Assembly (NCBI GenBank): GCA_001179505.1
Contig: CDMY01000531.1
Location: forward strand, 186,001 to 250,000
Reading direction: 5' to 3'
Source of the DNA: Vitrella brassicaformis CCMP3155
Lineage: Eukaryota; Protista; Chromerida
Length of the DNA: 64,000 nt
Below the pieces are notes generated by a model. The model made no database searches. It worked only from the letters and a program-made list of their open reading frames with translations, and was not told the DNA's origin. Made by a program: the position numbers and the translations under genes. Position 1 is the first letter of the stretch; each line of letters starts with the position of its first letter. Shown here piece after piece: positions 1-11,667 of the stretch.

Positions 1-2
1 AC

Positions 3-464
3 GAGGGAGAGTGGAGAGAAGGACAGAGGAACGGCAAGGGCATCAGCTATCAATCCGATGGCAAGACAAAGATGCATGAGGGCCAATGGGAAAATGGGCA
101 GATGGTCGGTAAGGGGACAGTATCAAAGATGCCCTTGGAGGACGGCAAAGTCTATGATGGCCAAGTGCTCAATGGGATTCCACATGGCCAAGGCACTAGC
201 TACACGGAATCCTACACCCACGGCGGAGGACCCCAGTCTAAAATGGACTTCAATGGAAGCTGGCAAGACGGGAAGTGGCATGGGCAAGGCACAGTCTGCG
301 ACCGCAACGGCAAGTCAATGTTCGAGGGAAGATGGGAGGACGGGCTGCCGCAGGAGGGGACTTTCTTTCCTCATTCTGGTGGCTACAATCAGAAGTGGCG
401 AGCTGGCGAACGGCTGCCTGCTGGCATCCCCAAGATGCTCCATGAGCGTTGGACGATACCCTGA
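3..464 (+). CDS. MORN-repeat protein, 3' part (5' end lies upstream of the window)
   Basis: The frame is open from base 3 (EGEWREGQRNGKGISYQSDGKTKMHEGQWENG...). It has repeated Y/H-x-G-x-W-x-x-G-x-x-HGxG MORN units and a C-terminal WRAG motif shared with the ORFs at 25387 and 41001. Confidence 0.9.
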   Translation, partial: EGEWREGQRNGKGISYQSDGKTKMHEGQWENGQMVGKGTVSKMPLEDGKVYDGQVLNGIPHGQGTSYTESYTHGGGPQSKMDFNGSWQDGKWHGQGTVCDRNGKSMFEGRWEDGLPQEGTFFPHSGGYNQKWRAGERLPAGIPKMLHERWTIP

Positions 465-794
465 ATGGTTGGTATTAAAGCTCTAAAGCAGTGGGCCTGC
501 ATGTGATCTGCATATGACATTGCTCACTTTGTAATATGAGCAATCGATCGGACTTTTGGCTTTTGTGTCTCTGGTTTCAATCCATACAAAGACAGAATTG
601 CAAGAAGATATAAGAGAACACACAACCAAATTTCGTGGGTCTGTCATTCTGTCACCCTGTCTGACCACACATGCACATGCAATGCTATCCACAGATGGTC
701 ATCATATCACCACACATGCCTCGATCGTGCCGTTGCTTGTTGCATCCGTGTACGTAGCAACAAAGAAACTCTCAGTCATCGATTGACTGTCGAT

Positions 795-1772
795 ATGGTG
801 TCTCGTGTCGAGCTGTCTCTCTTCCTTTCGCTGCTTGTCGTGGCGGGCGCCGAATGCTCGCTCAGTCGCCTCTCGCCTCTCGACAAATACACACGCATCC
901 GCAACCCCCCTCCATCCAGGCTGGTCAAGGATGTCACACAGCCGCTTGACGTGCCTGTGAGACAGGCGATGCTCGACACAGACAAGCACAAGAAGAAGAG
1001 AATGGTGAGCGCGGAGGTGCGGCTGTCGTGCAGGACGTGCGAGAGACTGATGAAGCGATACATCGAGAGAATGGTGGAGTTCGACGGCACTGGCTTCGGC
1101 AGCTCGTCCTTCAGACAGTTCTGCGAGGCAATCGCACAGACAGAGACCGACCAATTCACAGAAGCAGACGTGAGCGGCAGGAGACAAGAGACACGCACAA
1201 TCAAACATTCACTGTTGCATGTCTGCTTGTGTGTGTGTTGGTGTGTCAGATTCGTGAGTGCATCAGCATGGCTGCCAATCTTCAGGCGAGAGCTGGCACG
1301 GTGGTGTCGGCCTCCCCCTCCCTCCCTACACCAGGCTTCGCCGCGAGATTCCTGGCTGAATGCTCCAAGAAAGGCGGGCCACCAAGCTGCTACAAAGGCA
1401 AGAAATCACTGCAACGGCCCATTGTGATTGAAAGCTCTGTCGTGAGTGCAGGGTACTGTGAGCGAGAGGCTTCCTGCGTGGAGTGCCCGACGGGTGTGCG
1501 ACTGACAGACAAATCAAGCAAAGACAAGATGACGAGTGGATTTTGGATTGTGTGTGATGTCAAGGTCCTTTCATGATCAACGAGGGCCGCCGCATGATCA
1601 ACGCGACGTGCTCAAATCACGGCGCGTGTCGGCTCAAGAAAGGTGCCTTCACTCGTGTCGCTCGTGTATGTGTGGTCACACTGTCATTCATTATTTGACA
1701 GGCGGTGGTGTCTTCTGCCTGTGTGACGTCAAGTATCATGGCAAGAGCTGTGAGCACAAAGAAGCGGCATAG
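795..1772 (+). CDS. Secreted protein with a saposin-like Cys region and a C-terminal EGF-like domain (CRELD-like architecture), 4 exons
   Basis: Signal-peptide-like N-terminus (MVSRVELSLFLSLLVVAGAEC) followed by SCRTCERLMKRY...FCE...ECIS. GT-AG introns starting at 1170, 1494 and about 1643 splice in frame to CVECPTGPFMINEGRRMINATCSNHGACRLKKGGGVFCLCDVKYHGKSCEHKEAA*. Confidence 0.8.
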
Positions 1773-1942
1773 GCGCATGATCCATTCACTCGAGCGTCCC
1801 ACAAACAGCCAGAGCCAGGCGGACAGACAGACACACAGAGCAGAATGACACGAGCATGACGTGACAAGTAATGATATCAATGGCTGTACAAGGTCACTCA
1901 TCACAGTTCACTCATCTCTCCGCCCCATCTATCATGCTCATC

Positions 1943-2304
1943 TTATCTCCCACCCTCTCCCTTCCACTCCTGACCGCCGCCAGCAGCACCGCCCATCATC
2001 TGCCCGCCGGACTGTGGCACGTACTGTGGCTGGGCTCCCTTCACCGCCGCCGACTGGCCTGAGTGGGGCAGTTTGCTGGGCGGCTCTGCGCTGCCCGTGG
2101 CAAGGAACCGCTGTGTGCGCTCGAGGATGGGCAGAATGATGGTACGCTGCTCCTGAAAGCGACGCTGCAGCTCGTGATAGAAACCATCCTGTGACCCCAA
2201 ACAGGACGAAACGAATGAGAGATGCAACAATGCGAGTGTGTGTATTCGCTCACCACGTTGAAGGACGATTCCAACGACGGTTCAGGCTCCTTCTGCGATG
2301 CCAT
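1943..2304 (-). CDS. Small hypothetical protein (about 100 aa, 2 exons)
   Basis: ATG at 2304, then MASQKEPEPSLESSFNV|gtgagc...tcacag|DGFYHELQRRFQEQRTIILPILERTQRFLATG...GGR*. The intron is a clean phase-0 GT-AG intron; the 3' end may contain a further intron. Confidence 0.55.
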
Positions 2305-2400
2305 TTCGCCAAAGCCGATCCACACCGCGAGCTTGGCAAAAGATGAACTCGGGATCAAACATCGCCAAACAGCTGTGGCTTGTTGCAACTGTGGCATCTC

Positions 2401-4190
2401 ATGACTGAAACGCATCGTCCTGGCCTTGAGCGTCCGCCGGGTCTGACCATCACTCGGCAGCACGTCCCGCCTCGTCCAGCTCACGATGCAGCAGACGGAG
2501 AGGACTGCTCAACGGATGGCATTCTCTTCGTTGGCACCGGTCAGGATAAACGAAACATTGACAGATGATGAGTGTGACAGTGTCGTCTGATGGTCAATGC
2601 AGGTGTGTCGTCTGCCCTCCCGCACCTGGAGCACGTGCTGTCGCCCAATGCGTCTTGCCCGACCTGCCTGGATGCGGCCAACAACCCGTCCTCCCGCAAC
2701 AGGCGCAACAATGTGTCCTTGCTGATCATGCATCGGGGCAAGAACATCCTCATTGACGTGGGCAAGACCTTTCGGGATGCGGCCATCCGTGTGCTGCGGC
2801 CGAACGCCATCTACAAGATCGATGCGGTCAGCAGATTGAGGACGAAAGACAATCGTGAGTATGTGTTTGAGTGCGTGTGTGTGTTTCTGGTGGGTGCAGC
2901 TGCTTTTGACGCACTGTCACGCCGACGCAGTGATGGGTATCGACGACGTGCGCGACCTGCAGCGGTACGAGCGGCCGATCGGTCCCGATGGCAAGAAGCG
3001 CTACTTGCCTGTGGAGAAGCTGCCCACCTACCTCAGCCAAAAGACACTTGACTCCCTGTCCAAGCAGTTCCACTACATCAGTGAGTGAGCAAACCAGCAT
3101 CATATCAGGCGCATGCTCGCAGCACGCTGATGACCCTCCTGTCTGCGTGTGTGGCGGTTCAGTCAAGGCCTCACAGGCGACAGAGCCGCTGGAGCGAAAG
3201 GTCACCGTCCTGGTCAGCAGCAAGAGAGCAGGAACACATATTTGCTTTGCATTCAACTATGCTGCCTTTGGTTTTGTGTATCAGGATTTCCATTTGTTGA
3301 AAGACGACCCCTCGGCCGCCCCCGACCTGTCGACATTCGAGGTCAAGGGGACGGGGCTGGTCGTGACGGCACTCCCCGTGTGGCACGGCAAACCATACGT
3401 GTGCCTGGGATTCACCTTCGCATTCGGTGAGGCACATACACAGGCAGGCAGGCAGGACCACTCTATGGTCTTGCTGCGCGGCTTTGGTTGGTTGGTTGAT
3501 CAGATAGCGACGAGCGGGTGGTTTATTTGTCGGATGTGAGCGAGGTCCCCCACGACGTGCGCGACTTCATCCTCTCACTCGGACCCATCAAAGTGGGCAG
3601 GCAGGCCGGTGAATGATGAGGGAGGGCTGCTCGATTGGATGCTGCATGGACCCCCGTTTGCAGATTCTGGTGATCGACGCCATTCACTGGGAGAAGCAGC
3701 ACTTCAGCCACATCACTCTCCAGGAGGCGCTCCAATACGTCTTGGTAGGCAGGCGCAGGAATACACGCAGCAAACCTTCTCTGTTGCTTCGCCTGTCATG
3801 CCACAGCTGTTCCAGCCCGAGGAGGCTTATTTCGTCGGCATGATGTGCGACATCGAGCACGATGACGCCACCGAGAAGCTCAACCAGTGGCTGGACGACG
3901 AGCGTAGCAACAACAGCGAGCTCAACGTTAAGAAGGTCGCGCTGGCCTATGACGGCCTCAAGATCCCACTGCGGTGTCCCCCACTCAACAATCCCTCCAG
4001 CACAACGACCGCCGCCGCAGCTCAGCGGGCGCCTTCACCCGTCCCCGTGGACGCACTCAAGAGGGTGGGACAGCCGTCGGCGCTGCAGACGCCCCACAGG
4101 CCGATCTGCCAGTCGCCTGGAGAGACCCCCGAGAACACGCCACTGCCCCCGGTGCCGCTTGGTGGAGGGAAGGAGCCACCTGACAGATAG
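2401..4190 (+). CDS. Metallo-beta-lactamase-fold hydrolase, PhnP/C777.06c-like, multi-exon
   Basis: Spliced motifs ILFVGTG, CPTC...RNRRNNVSLLI, ILIDVGKTF, LLTHCHADAVMGIDDVR, PVWHG, VVYLSDV, LVIDA, HFSH and YFVGMMCDIEH...LAYDGL. Confidence 0.9.
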
Positions 4191-4384
4191 CTGAGATGGG
4201 TGGCTGGTGTGCTGGAGGGTTGTGGGAGACGCTGTTGTTTTTATGTGCCACTAGTAAGGATGGGTGGTGTGGGTGTGCTGGGTTTGGGGGCGGTGGTTTG
4301 TATAGGTTGCATCCATCGTTCATGAAGGCCGAGTAGGAGGGGAGTTTATCTGTTGTGTCTCTGCGCGTGTGCGTGTGCGTGTGC

Positions 4385-4684
4385 NNNNNNNNNNNNNNNN
4401 NNNNNNNNNNNNNNNNNNNNNNNNNNNNNNNNNNNNNNNNNNNNNNNNNNNNNNNNNNNNNNNNNNNNNNNNNNNNNNNNNNNNNNNNNNNNNNNNNNNN
4501 NNNNNNNNNNNNNNNNNNNNNNNNNNNNNNNNNNNNNNNNNNNNNNNNNNNNNNNNNNNNNNNNNNNNNNNNNNNNNNNNNNNNNNNNNNNNNNNNNNNN
4601 NNNNNNNNNNNNNNNNNNNNNNNNNNNNNNNNNNNNNNNNNNNNNNNNNNNNNNNNNNNNNNNNNNNNNNNNNNNNNNNNNNNN
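4385..4684. other. Assembly gap (300 N)
   Basis: Run of N bases. Confidence 1.
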
Positions 4685-5915
4685 TCTTCATTTTCAGGCA
4701 GAAGTGTGACTCAGTTTAACACTTAAATGGGCCCGCCCGCACCACAAGCACCACAAGCACAACCATTCCGCGCTTCCTAGCGACACTCTCTGAGTCCTCC
4801 CTCCCTCTCCCTCCCTCCCTCCCTCCCTCCCTCCCTCCCCATTCATGGCTTAGAAAATCGTGTACTTGGCCTTACTGCACTGCAGCTGTAGCACCCTGCC
4901 GCCCAGCCCATTCCGCACAAACCCCTTAACGCAACGCAGCCCGCCCCGCCCAGCCCCTTAGATACATGATGTATGGCGACGAGAGAGAGAGAGAGAGAAT
5001 GGAGAAGAGGTAGACACGTCAAATGGACAGACGCAACAAGAAGAAAAAGATAGCGTGCATGGACTGAGTGAGTAACATGAAGCAAACCCATGCCCCCGGT
5101 GCCGCTTGGTGGAGGGAAGGAGCCACCTGACAGATAGCTGAGATGGGTGGCTGGTGTGCTGGAGGGTTGTGGGAGACGCTGTTGTTTTTATGTGCCACTA
5201 GTAAGGATGGGTGGTGTGGGTGTGCTGGGTTTGGGGGCGGTGGTTTGTATAGGTTGCATCCATCGTTCATGAAGGCCGAGTAGGAGGGGAGTTTATCTGT
5301 TGTGTCTCTGCGCGTGTGCGTGTGCGTGTGCTTGTGCGCGTGTGTGTGTGTGTGTGTGCGTAAGTGAGACGCCGTCTTGTTGTCCTTACAATTCGCTTCA
5401 CTCACGGCTGTCTCTTTCTTGTTTCTCTAGTGTTCTCTTCGTCTCAACACTTAACAAGACATTCACACCACATACAATCAGACACTCACACACGGCACAC
5501 GAAGCGAGCAGTCAAGAGCAGTGGTGGGGCAGACAGGTAGACGGACCACACACAATCCCCACACACAACACAGCACACGAATTGGCCGCCGCAGACACCA
5601 CCACACACATGTACCACGGCAAGCTGAGCCAAGACAGGACAATACAGCAGACAGGCTGGCACGGCAAGGCATGGCAAGAGAGCGGTCCGCGACCATACGT
5701 GCCTTCGTTGGTCAGTCTTGTCGGTTGTTCGGAGGCCTGCAGTGCAATGCATCGGCCGGCCGCTCCCTCACTGAAAAACGGACACAGCGACAACACCGCA
5801 CGACGCGAGAAAGAGACGCAACAAAAAGCCATTGACAGGCAGACGGACGGGATGGATGGATAGATTAGACGGCAGGACCACCCCACCCCACCACACACCA
5901 CAGCATGACCCATGG

Positions 5916-5969
5916 AAAGGCCCCTTCCTCCTCAAAGGCGCCTTCCTCCTCAAAGGCGCCTTCCTCTCT
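5916..5969. repeat. 18-bp tandem repeat, 3 copies (aaaggcgccttcctcctc)
   Basis: Three adjacent near-identical units. Confidence 0.85.
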
Positions 5970-7087
5970 CTCTGTCATCGTTCCTTGATCTTCATTTTCA
6001 GGCAGAAGTGTGACTCAGTTTAACACTTAAATGGGCCCGCCCGCACCACAAGCACCACAAGCACAACCATCCGCGCTTCCTAGCGACACTCTCTGAGTCC
6101 TCCCTCTCCCTCCCTCCCTCCCTCCCCATTCATGGCTTAGAAAATCGTGTACTTGGCCTTACTGCACTGCAGCTGTAGCACCCTGCCGCCCAGCCCATTC
6201 CGCACAAACCCCTTAACGCAACGCAGCCCGCCCCGCCCAGCCCCTTAGATACATGATGTATGGCGACGAGAGAGAGAGAGAATGGAGAAGAGGTAGACAC
6301 GTCAAATGGACAGACGCAACAAGAAGAAAAAGATAGCGTGCATGGACTGAGTGAGTAACATGAAGCAAACCCAAGCAGTGAGAGTGATTAAGTGGGTGGT
6401 GAGCAGATTGCCCAACACGCAGCCAGAAGCAGAGGAGGGGGAGAGGACTGGGGCAATGGGGGAGGGGAAAAGGGTGTCAGCAAGGGGGAGTGAGGAACAA
6501 ATGTGTCTGAAAAATCACCCGACAACCGAGGAAACGAAACCCCGCGCGAAAATCATGAGCATGAGACGAATCGAGCGCTATATAGGTGCCTGTCTGCCTG
6601 CTCTGGCCTCCCTCGCCCACCATATCGATCCCATCTCTGACGGTCGCATTCACTCGGTCGCAAAAACGAATGAAAAAGAAGCATCGAATCGCCCACCCGG
6701 CAGGCTGGTTGCATCGTACCGCAACACACCAACCACGAACACACACACACACATCTCGCCGCCGACACCACCGAATTACGTCTGATGCGGGACACGACTC
6801 ACGAAGACATGCACACACACACACAGATACAGATAGAGATAGAGAGAGGGAGGGAAGAGCCGAGTTGAGCCGAGCCGACACAATACAGCAGCCACCAACA
6901 AAGCCGACCTGATGGCTGTCCGCGCCGCATAAGCCCGTCGGTTGACGGCCTCACGTCAGCTGGACAGTCACGTCGCATCATACACCTGGCCCCTCCCTAG
7001 CCCCTCCCTCACCGCTCAGATCACAAAACACCCACACCCTCCACTAAAAGAAGAAAGACGAACCCCCCACACCCACACCCACACACC

Positions 7088-10000
7088 CTACTTGTGCGCG
7101 GGCCGCAGGCGTTGGTCGCTCTCCTGAGTGGTGAAAGTGGCGTGTCGCTGCTTGGGCCTGGCCGCACGGCCCTCCCCGCCCTCCGTGGGTGACGGCGTCA
7201 ACTCGTCCGTCGGCAGCCGGGCAAACGTCACGTTGACGGCGCCCGACGGCGTGTTGAATGCGTTGGGGTCGCCTGAGATAGACGGTGTGGGGAGCTGGAG
7301 GCCGGCTGGGCGGTCGGAGGGGGCGCGGCTGGAGTTGCTGTCCTGGTCCTCGTGGTACTCCTCCGATTTAAAGTACACCGACACCGCGTTGGTCAGCTTC
7401 GGATCCAGCACCGAGCTGAGAAAGGGGGCCGCATGGCTGGGCTCGGCGAGAAGCGACGGCTGGGGGCCGCGGCGGGCCTCCTGGGGCTGCTGCAGCTGGC
7501 CGTTGGAGCCCTCTGCAGCAGCAGTGCTGGTACTCATGCCTCTGCTGCCACGGTGTCTCACGTCCTCCCGAACAGCCGGGCGCGCCTCCTCGTTCTCGGG
7601 CAGCGTCGCCAGTCCCGTCAAGCTGACCAGCTTCTTGCCCACGTCGTATGTGACTCCCGACTCCAGTCCGTCGACACGGGGCGAGTCGTCATCGCCCGGC
7701 ACGCTCTCGGTCAGCTGCACGGGCTGGATGATGCCCGTCCAGGGCTCCGGCTCCTCGTCGAGGTTCTCGTCCGGCAGGCCGCCCTTGGGCGGGGAGGGAG
7801 GGGGCGGTGGAGGGGGCAGGCCGTTCTCCTCATACATGGACGAGGCCGTCAGCAGCGGCAGCTCGGTCGGGTCTACGCGGGCGGGGGGCGACAGTGAGCC
7901 CTTCTCGAGATCCCTCTCGTCGGGGCCCTTGCCACCACCCGTCAACACCACCCCGGTGGCCTCATCGTCGGTGTCATGCTCGCCCCCTCTGCGGGACCGG
8001 TTGCCCGCCCCGCGCTTGCGCCAGTAGAGGTAGAATCGTCGCGTCTTGTCGCCGGTTGCCCCCTTCTTGTCCCCGCGACCGCCGAAGATGCCACGGATGC
8101 TGCTGCCCATGGTGAGGCGGCGGCTGGGGGAGGAGCCACCGCCACTCTTCTTTCCCGCAGACTTGTTGCCGCTGCGCTCGACCGATGTGTCGGGGTCGTC
8201 GAGGTCCGACTGAGTGCGGTTGCCCGAGCCACCGCCGCCTGGTTTGGTGGGGAAGGAGTATGAGCGGCCCGTCTCGGGCGAGTCGTCCTTGCCGTAGTTG
8301 GCGTCGCGGGTCACCATCTCCCTGAGCTCGGCGAGCTTCCGCTCGTCGGTGGTGTCTGGGAGACGGCTGTTGCTGGCCGAGAGGTTGAAGTTGGAGCGGG
8401 AGTTGTTGCGATTGGTGCTGGAGGTGGGGGACCGGTGGGTCGTGTGCAGCGGGTCGAACATGTTACACGTGGACGTGCCAGCCCTGAACGAGGGAAGGAG
8501 GAGAAGGGTGGTGGATGGTGGGTGTGTTTGGGATGGGGATTGCAGGCGTACCGTGCGACTTGTGCCTGCCAGAGTGCGTTGAGGACCTTCATGATGTGCT
8601 CCTGGTTGCGCTCTATCATCGACAGGCGCGTCAGCACCTGCAGCAAATCCTTGCTCTTGGCACCACCCTGGACACACACACACACACACGCCACACATCC
8701 TTCCAAATGCACTGTGACACAGATGACACCAGTCTTCAGGATCTCGCCCGCCGACCGACCTTGAGCCTCTGCACGCCGAAGATGAAGTCGTCCATCTTGA
8801 TCTCGCCCTCCTTGCGCCTGCCCGTCGGGTCTCGCGTCTCGAAGTCCACCGTCAGCTGGTCACAGAGACCCAACAGGTCGTTGGGCTCGCACTCATACAT
8901 CTTCATCAGACGCTGACAGACAAAAAAGAACGAGGCACCACAAACACGGTTGGAGTGTGCGCAGAAGCGCCATTTCTGTCCGTGTCACCCATCCATCCGC
9001 CCACCTTGAGTTCAGCCTTCTCCATGACCTGGGCGAGCCTTGTCTTGGTGAAGGAGTCGTTCATCTCGCTGAGCTGCACGTCCTGGTACACGTCGGAGCG
9101 GCTCATCCGCCGCTTCCCTTTCGGCGTGTTGCCTGACCGGTCCACCAACGACGTCAAACTCTTGAAGAACATTCCCCTCACACCCTTCGGACTCGGCGCA
9201 CCACCCGCCATCCCGTTGGTGCGGGCGTGAGTGGGCGAGGGGTCCTTGGGGTCACTCATGGAGGCCTTGGCCTCCTCCTCTTCTGCTGCGGTGGTCAGCG
9301 AGCCGATAGTGCCCCGTTGGGCCATGTCGGTGCGCTCGTTGAGTCGGTCGCCGCTGCCGTTCGGCGAGTCGGGGCGGACGCCGGCGTTCATGACGCGGAT
9401 GAGCATGCGGCGAAGCTTGCGGATCTCACGGTGGTTCTCAAACTCACGGCGCTTCTCGTCCTCGCGCGACATCTGAACGACAGAAACGGTGGGTGGGTTG
9501 TGTGTGGTTGTGGCCTGTTGTGTCTGGTGTGGTATGGGTACCTGTGTGGCGCTCTCGACGAGGACGGCAGTGATGAGGTTGGTGAGAGCGAAGACGGATA
9601 TACAGATGAAGCCCACGAAGAAGAGCCACATCCAGGCCTGCTGCTTGATGACCACCTCAGTGGCGTCCGTCCAGTCGTCTACACACACCATACCACACCG
9701 CACCGGGCACGACAGTATTGCACGGTCCATATCTGTATGTTTCCGTACTCACCGAGTGTCATGATTTGGAATAGAGTGCGCATTGACGTGACGACTGTGC
9801 CGAACCGCAACTGGACCTCCTCCTTCTCCTCTTCGGTGATGAGCGGCTCCCCGTCCTCGTCACTCAGCAGGCGCGGCGACGGCCAGAGGCCGTCCAGACC
9901 CATCAGTGACCGCCTTGAGGAGCCCTTCTCGACAAAGGCCTCGCACTGCTGCTGCAGGAGGGGAATGACGATGCCGAAACGGTCCTGGAGCTCAGCCGCA

Positions 10001-11417
10001 TCCGCCTCTGTCAGATTGTTGGTGAGATTTCTGCACTGCTCCTGAGCCAACGAGAAGGAGAAGGGCCATGTTAGTGCAATGCCTCGGAGTGGCTGTGTGA
10101 GGTCTGGGCTGCCTTACCGCGATCTGGTTTGAGGATGGATCCTCTTCGGGCTGGAAGTCGCTCGAGAATCCGATCATGGTGGTGGCGAATGTGCCGAAGA
10201 CGAAGAGCATGATGGCCGTGATGATGACGCCCCACACGAGGGTCTTCAGACTGTACGTGATACCGCTCGTCAACATCCAGCTGCACAGAGGCGGGCACAC
10301 AGACAGACACAAAGAGATGGACATAGCACGTCATCATTGTCTGTGTGTTTCCGTGTCTTACAATTCTCTGAAGACGGTGTGGTATCTGAGAGCGCGCGAT
10401 ATGCGCAGTGCTCGTATGATACGCAGGATGGAGAGTTTTCGCCACGCCATCTCTGCGTTTGAGGTCCACCCCAGACCGGGCAGCCACATCGATATGGCCC
10501 ACGGCAGGATGGTCATGAACAAAATCCCCAAGTCGATCCAGCTGTAGACGTCCTGTAAGCATGGAGGGCACACAGACAGAAGAGCCGATTTATCTGGGCT
10601 CTTGTGTGGGCGTGTGGGTGTGTGGGTTGGTGAATGGCTGTGAGGTTGACCGACCTTGAAGAACCTTCTGCCGAGGACGACGATCTTGAAGATGATCTCG
10701 GCGACAAAAAGGAATAGACAGGCGAACTGTATCCCGATCCACGGCCACTTGTTGACGGTCTGGTCACGATGACTGTCATCGACGCACAAGCACACAGGCA
10801 CATTGATCGCACATGTCTGTGGTGTGTGTTTGCTGTCGTTGAACATGCCTACCTAAAGGATGTCTCAATCCAGACAGCGATACAGTTGAGAACAATGACG
10901 CCCCACACGCAGAGCTCAAACTGCCAGCTCTTGGCGATCTTCTGCAGCTTCGTCAAGTGCTCCATCTCAAGCTCGTCATCCTCAACTTGTAAAGCCTACA
11001 CACTCACACACACAGCACAGCAAATCCCACCTCAGTTCAGCAGCCATGCATCCCCAATCTCCCTCCTGTGTGTGCGCGTGTGCTGCCCACCTCGACGAAG
11101 TATCTGAGGCTGCCGTGCTGCTTGCGGTAGAGGCTCATCTTCCTGCGATTCCGCCGCATGGCCTCGCTGTATGAGTGCTTGTAGGGCCGCTCGTCGCCCA
11201 CCGACACGGCGTGAGGCAAACCGGGCGGCAGTGGCTCCGCCTCGTCGCCCATGTCCGCCACCTCGTTGTTGCTCGTGTCCTTCCGCAACGTGATCATTGC
11301 TGGCTCGGAATTCTGCCTGTGCTGCACTTCAGGAGCAGGAACAGATCCCCCGGACGGCGTGCTGGAGGGATCCCTGCTGCCCGTTCCTGTCGACGCGTTG
11401 TTGTTGCTCTGCGCCAT
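7088..11417 (-). CDS. Single-domain (6TM) voltage-gated cation channel with an EF-hand-like C-terminal region and a long low-complexity tail, about 12 exons
   Basis: S1 (FELCVWGVIVLNCIAVWIE), S2 (FACLFLFVAEIIFKI), S3 (WIDLGIL), S4 (RKLSILRIIRALRISRALR), S5, pore (SMRTLFQIMTL|DDWTD), S6 (LFFVGFICISVFALTNLITAVLVES), then GEIKMDDFIFGVQRLKGGAKSKDL. Confidence 0.9.
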
Positions 11418-11667
11418 CTGCCTTCAGTCAGAGGTAGCCGCGCGATGAGCGATCAGAGGCGAGTTGCCCTCTGTCCCGAGGCGGGATCAAAACTGAGATA
11501 CGAAAACCTCATCAACAGCCTTCAACATTCGCGCCAAGTGCGCAAAACCCGCATCCGAATTCCGGTCTATCTAAGCTCGCAAGAGCCTGCGAGCTTAGCT
11601 CGCATGCCCCCGTCTGCATGCAGTTCTTTTGACCGCGCTCTTGTGCTGGCCCGTGGCCCCCCGACCG

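Larger units (their letters stand above)
4144..6373. repeat. Direct duplications flanking the assembly gap: 4144-4384 matches 5091-5330, and 4685-5090 matches 5989-6373
   Basis: The copies are near-identical and differ mainly in homopolymer and microsatellite length. Confidence 0.9.

Noticed and set aside
2900-2950. THCHADA instead of the canonical HxHxDH metal motif
   Set aside because: As I recall, HADA is usual in the eukaryotic PhnP/C777.06c-like subfamily, so it is not evidence of novelty or inactivation.
4320-4726. ORFs made of X residues
   Set aside because: They are artefacts of translating the N gap.
7128-8027. Long antisense ORFs (also 22615-23769, 30656-31384, 36097-36972, 56933-57577)
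   Set aside because: They are shadows of GC-rich coding exons on the opposite strand and contain no recognisable motifs.
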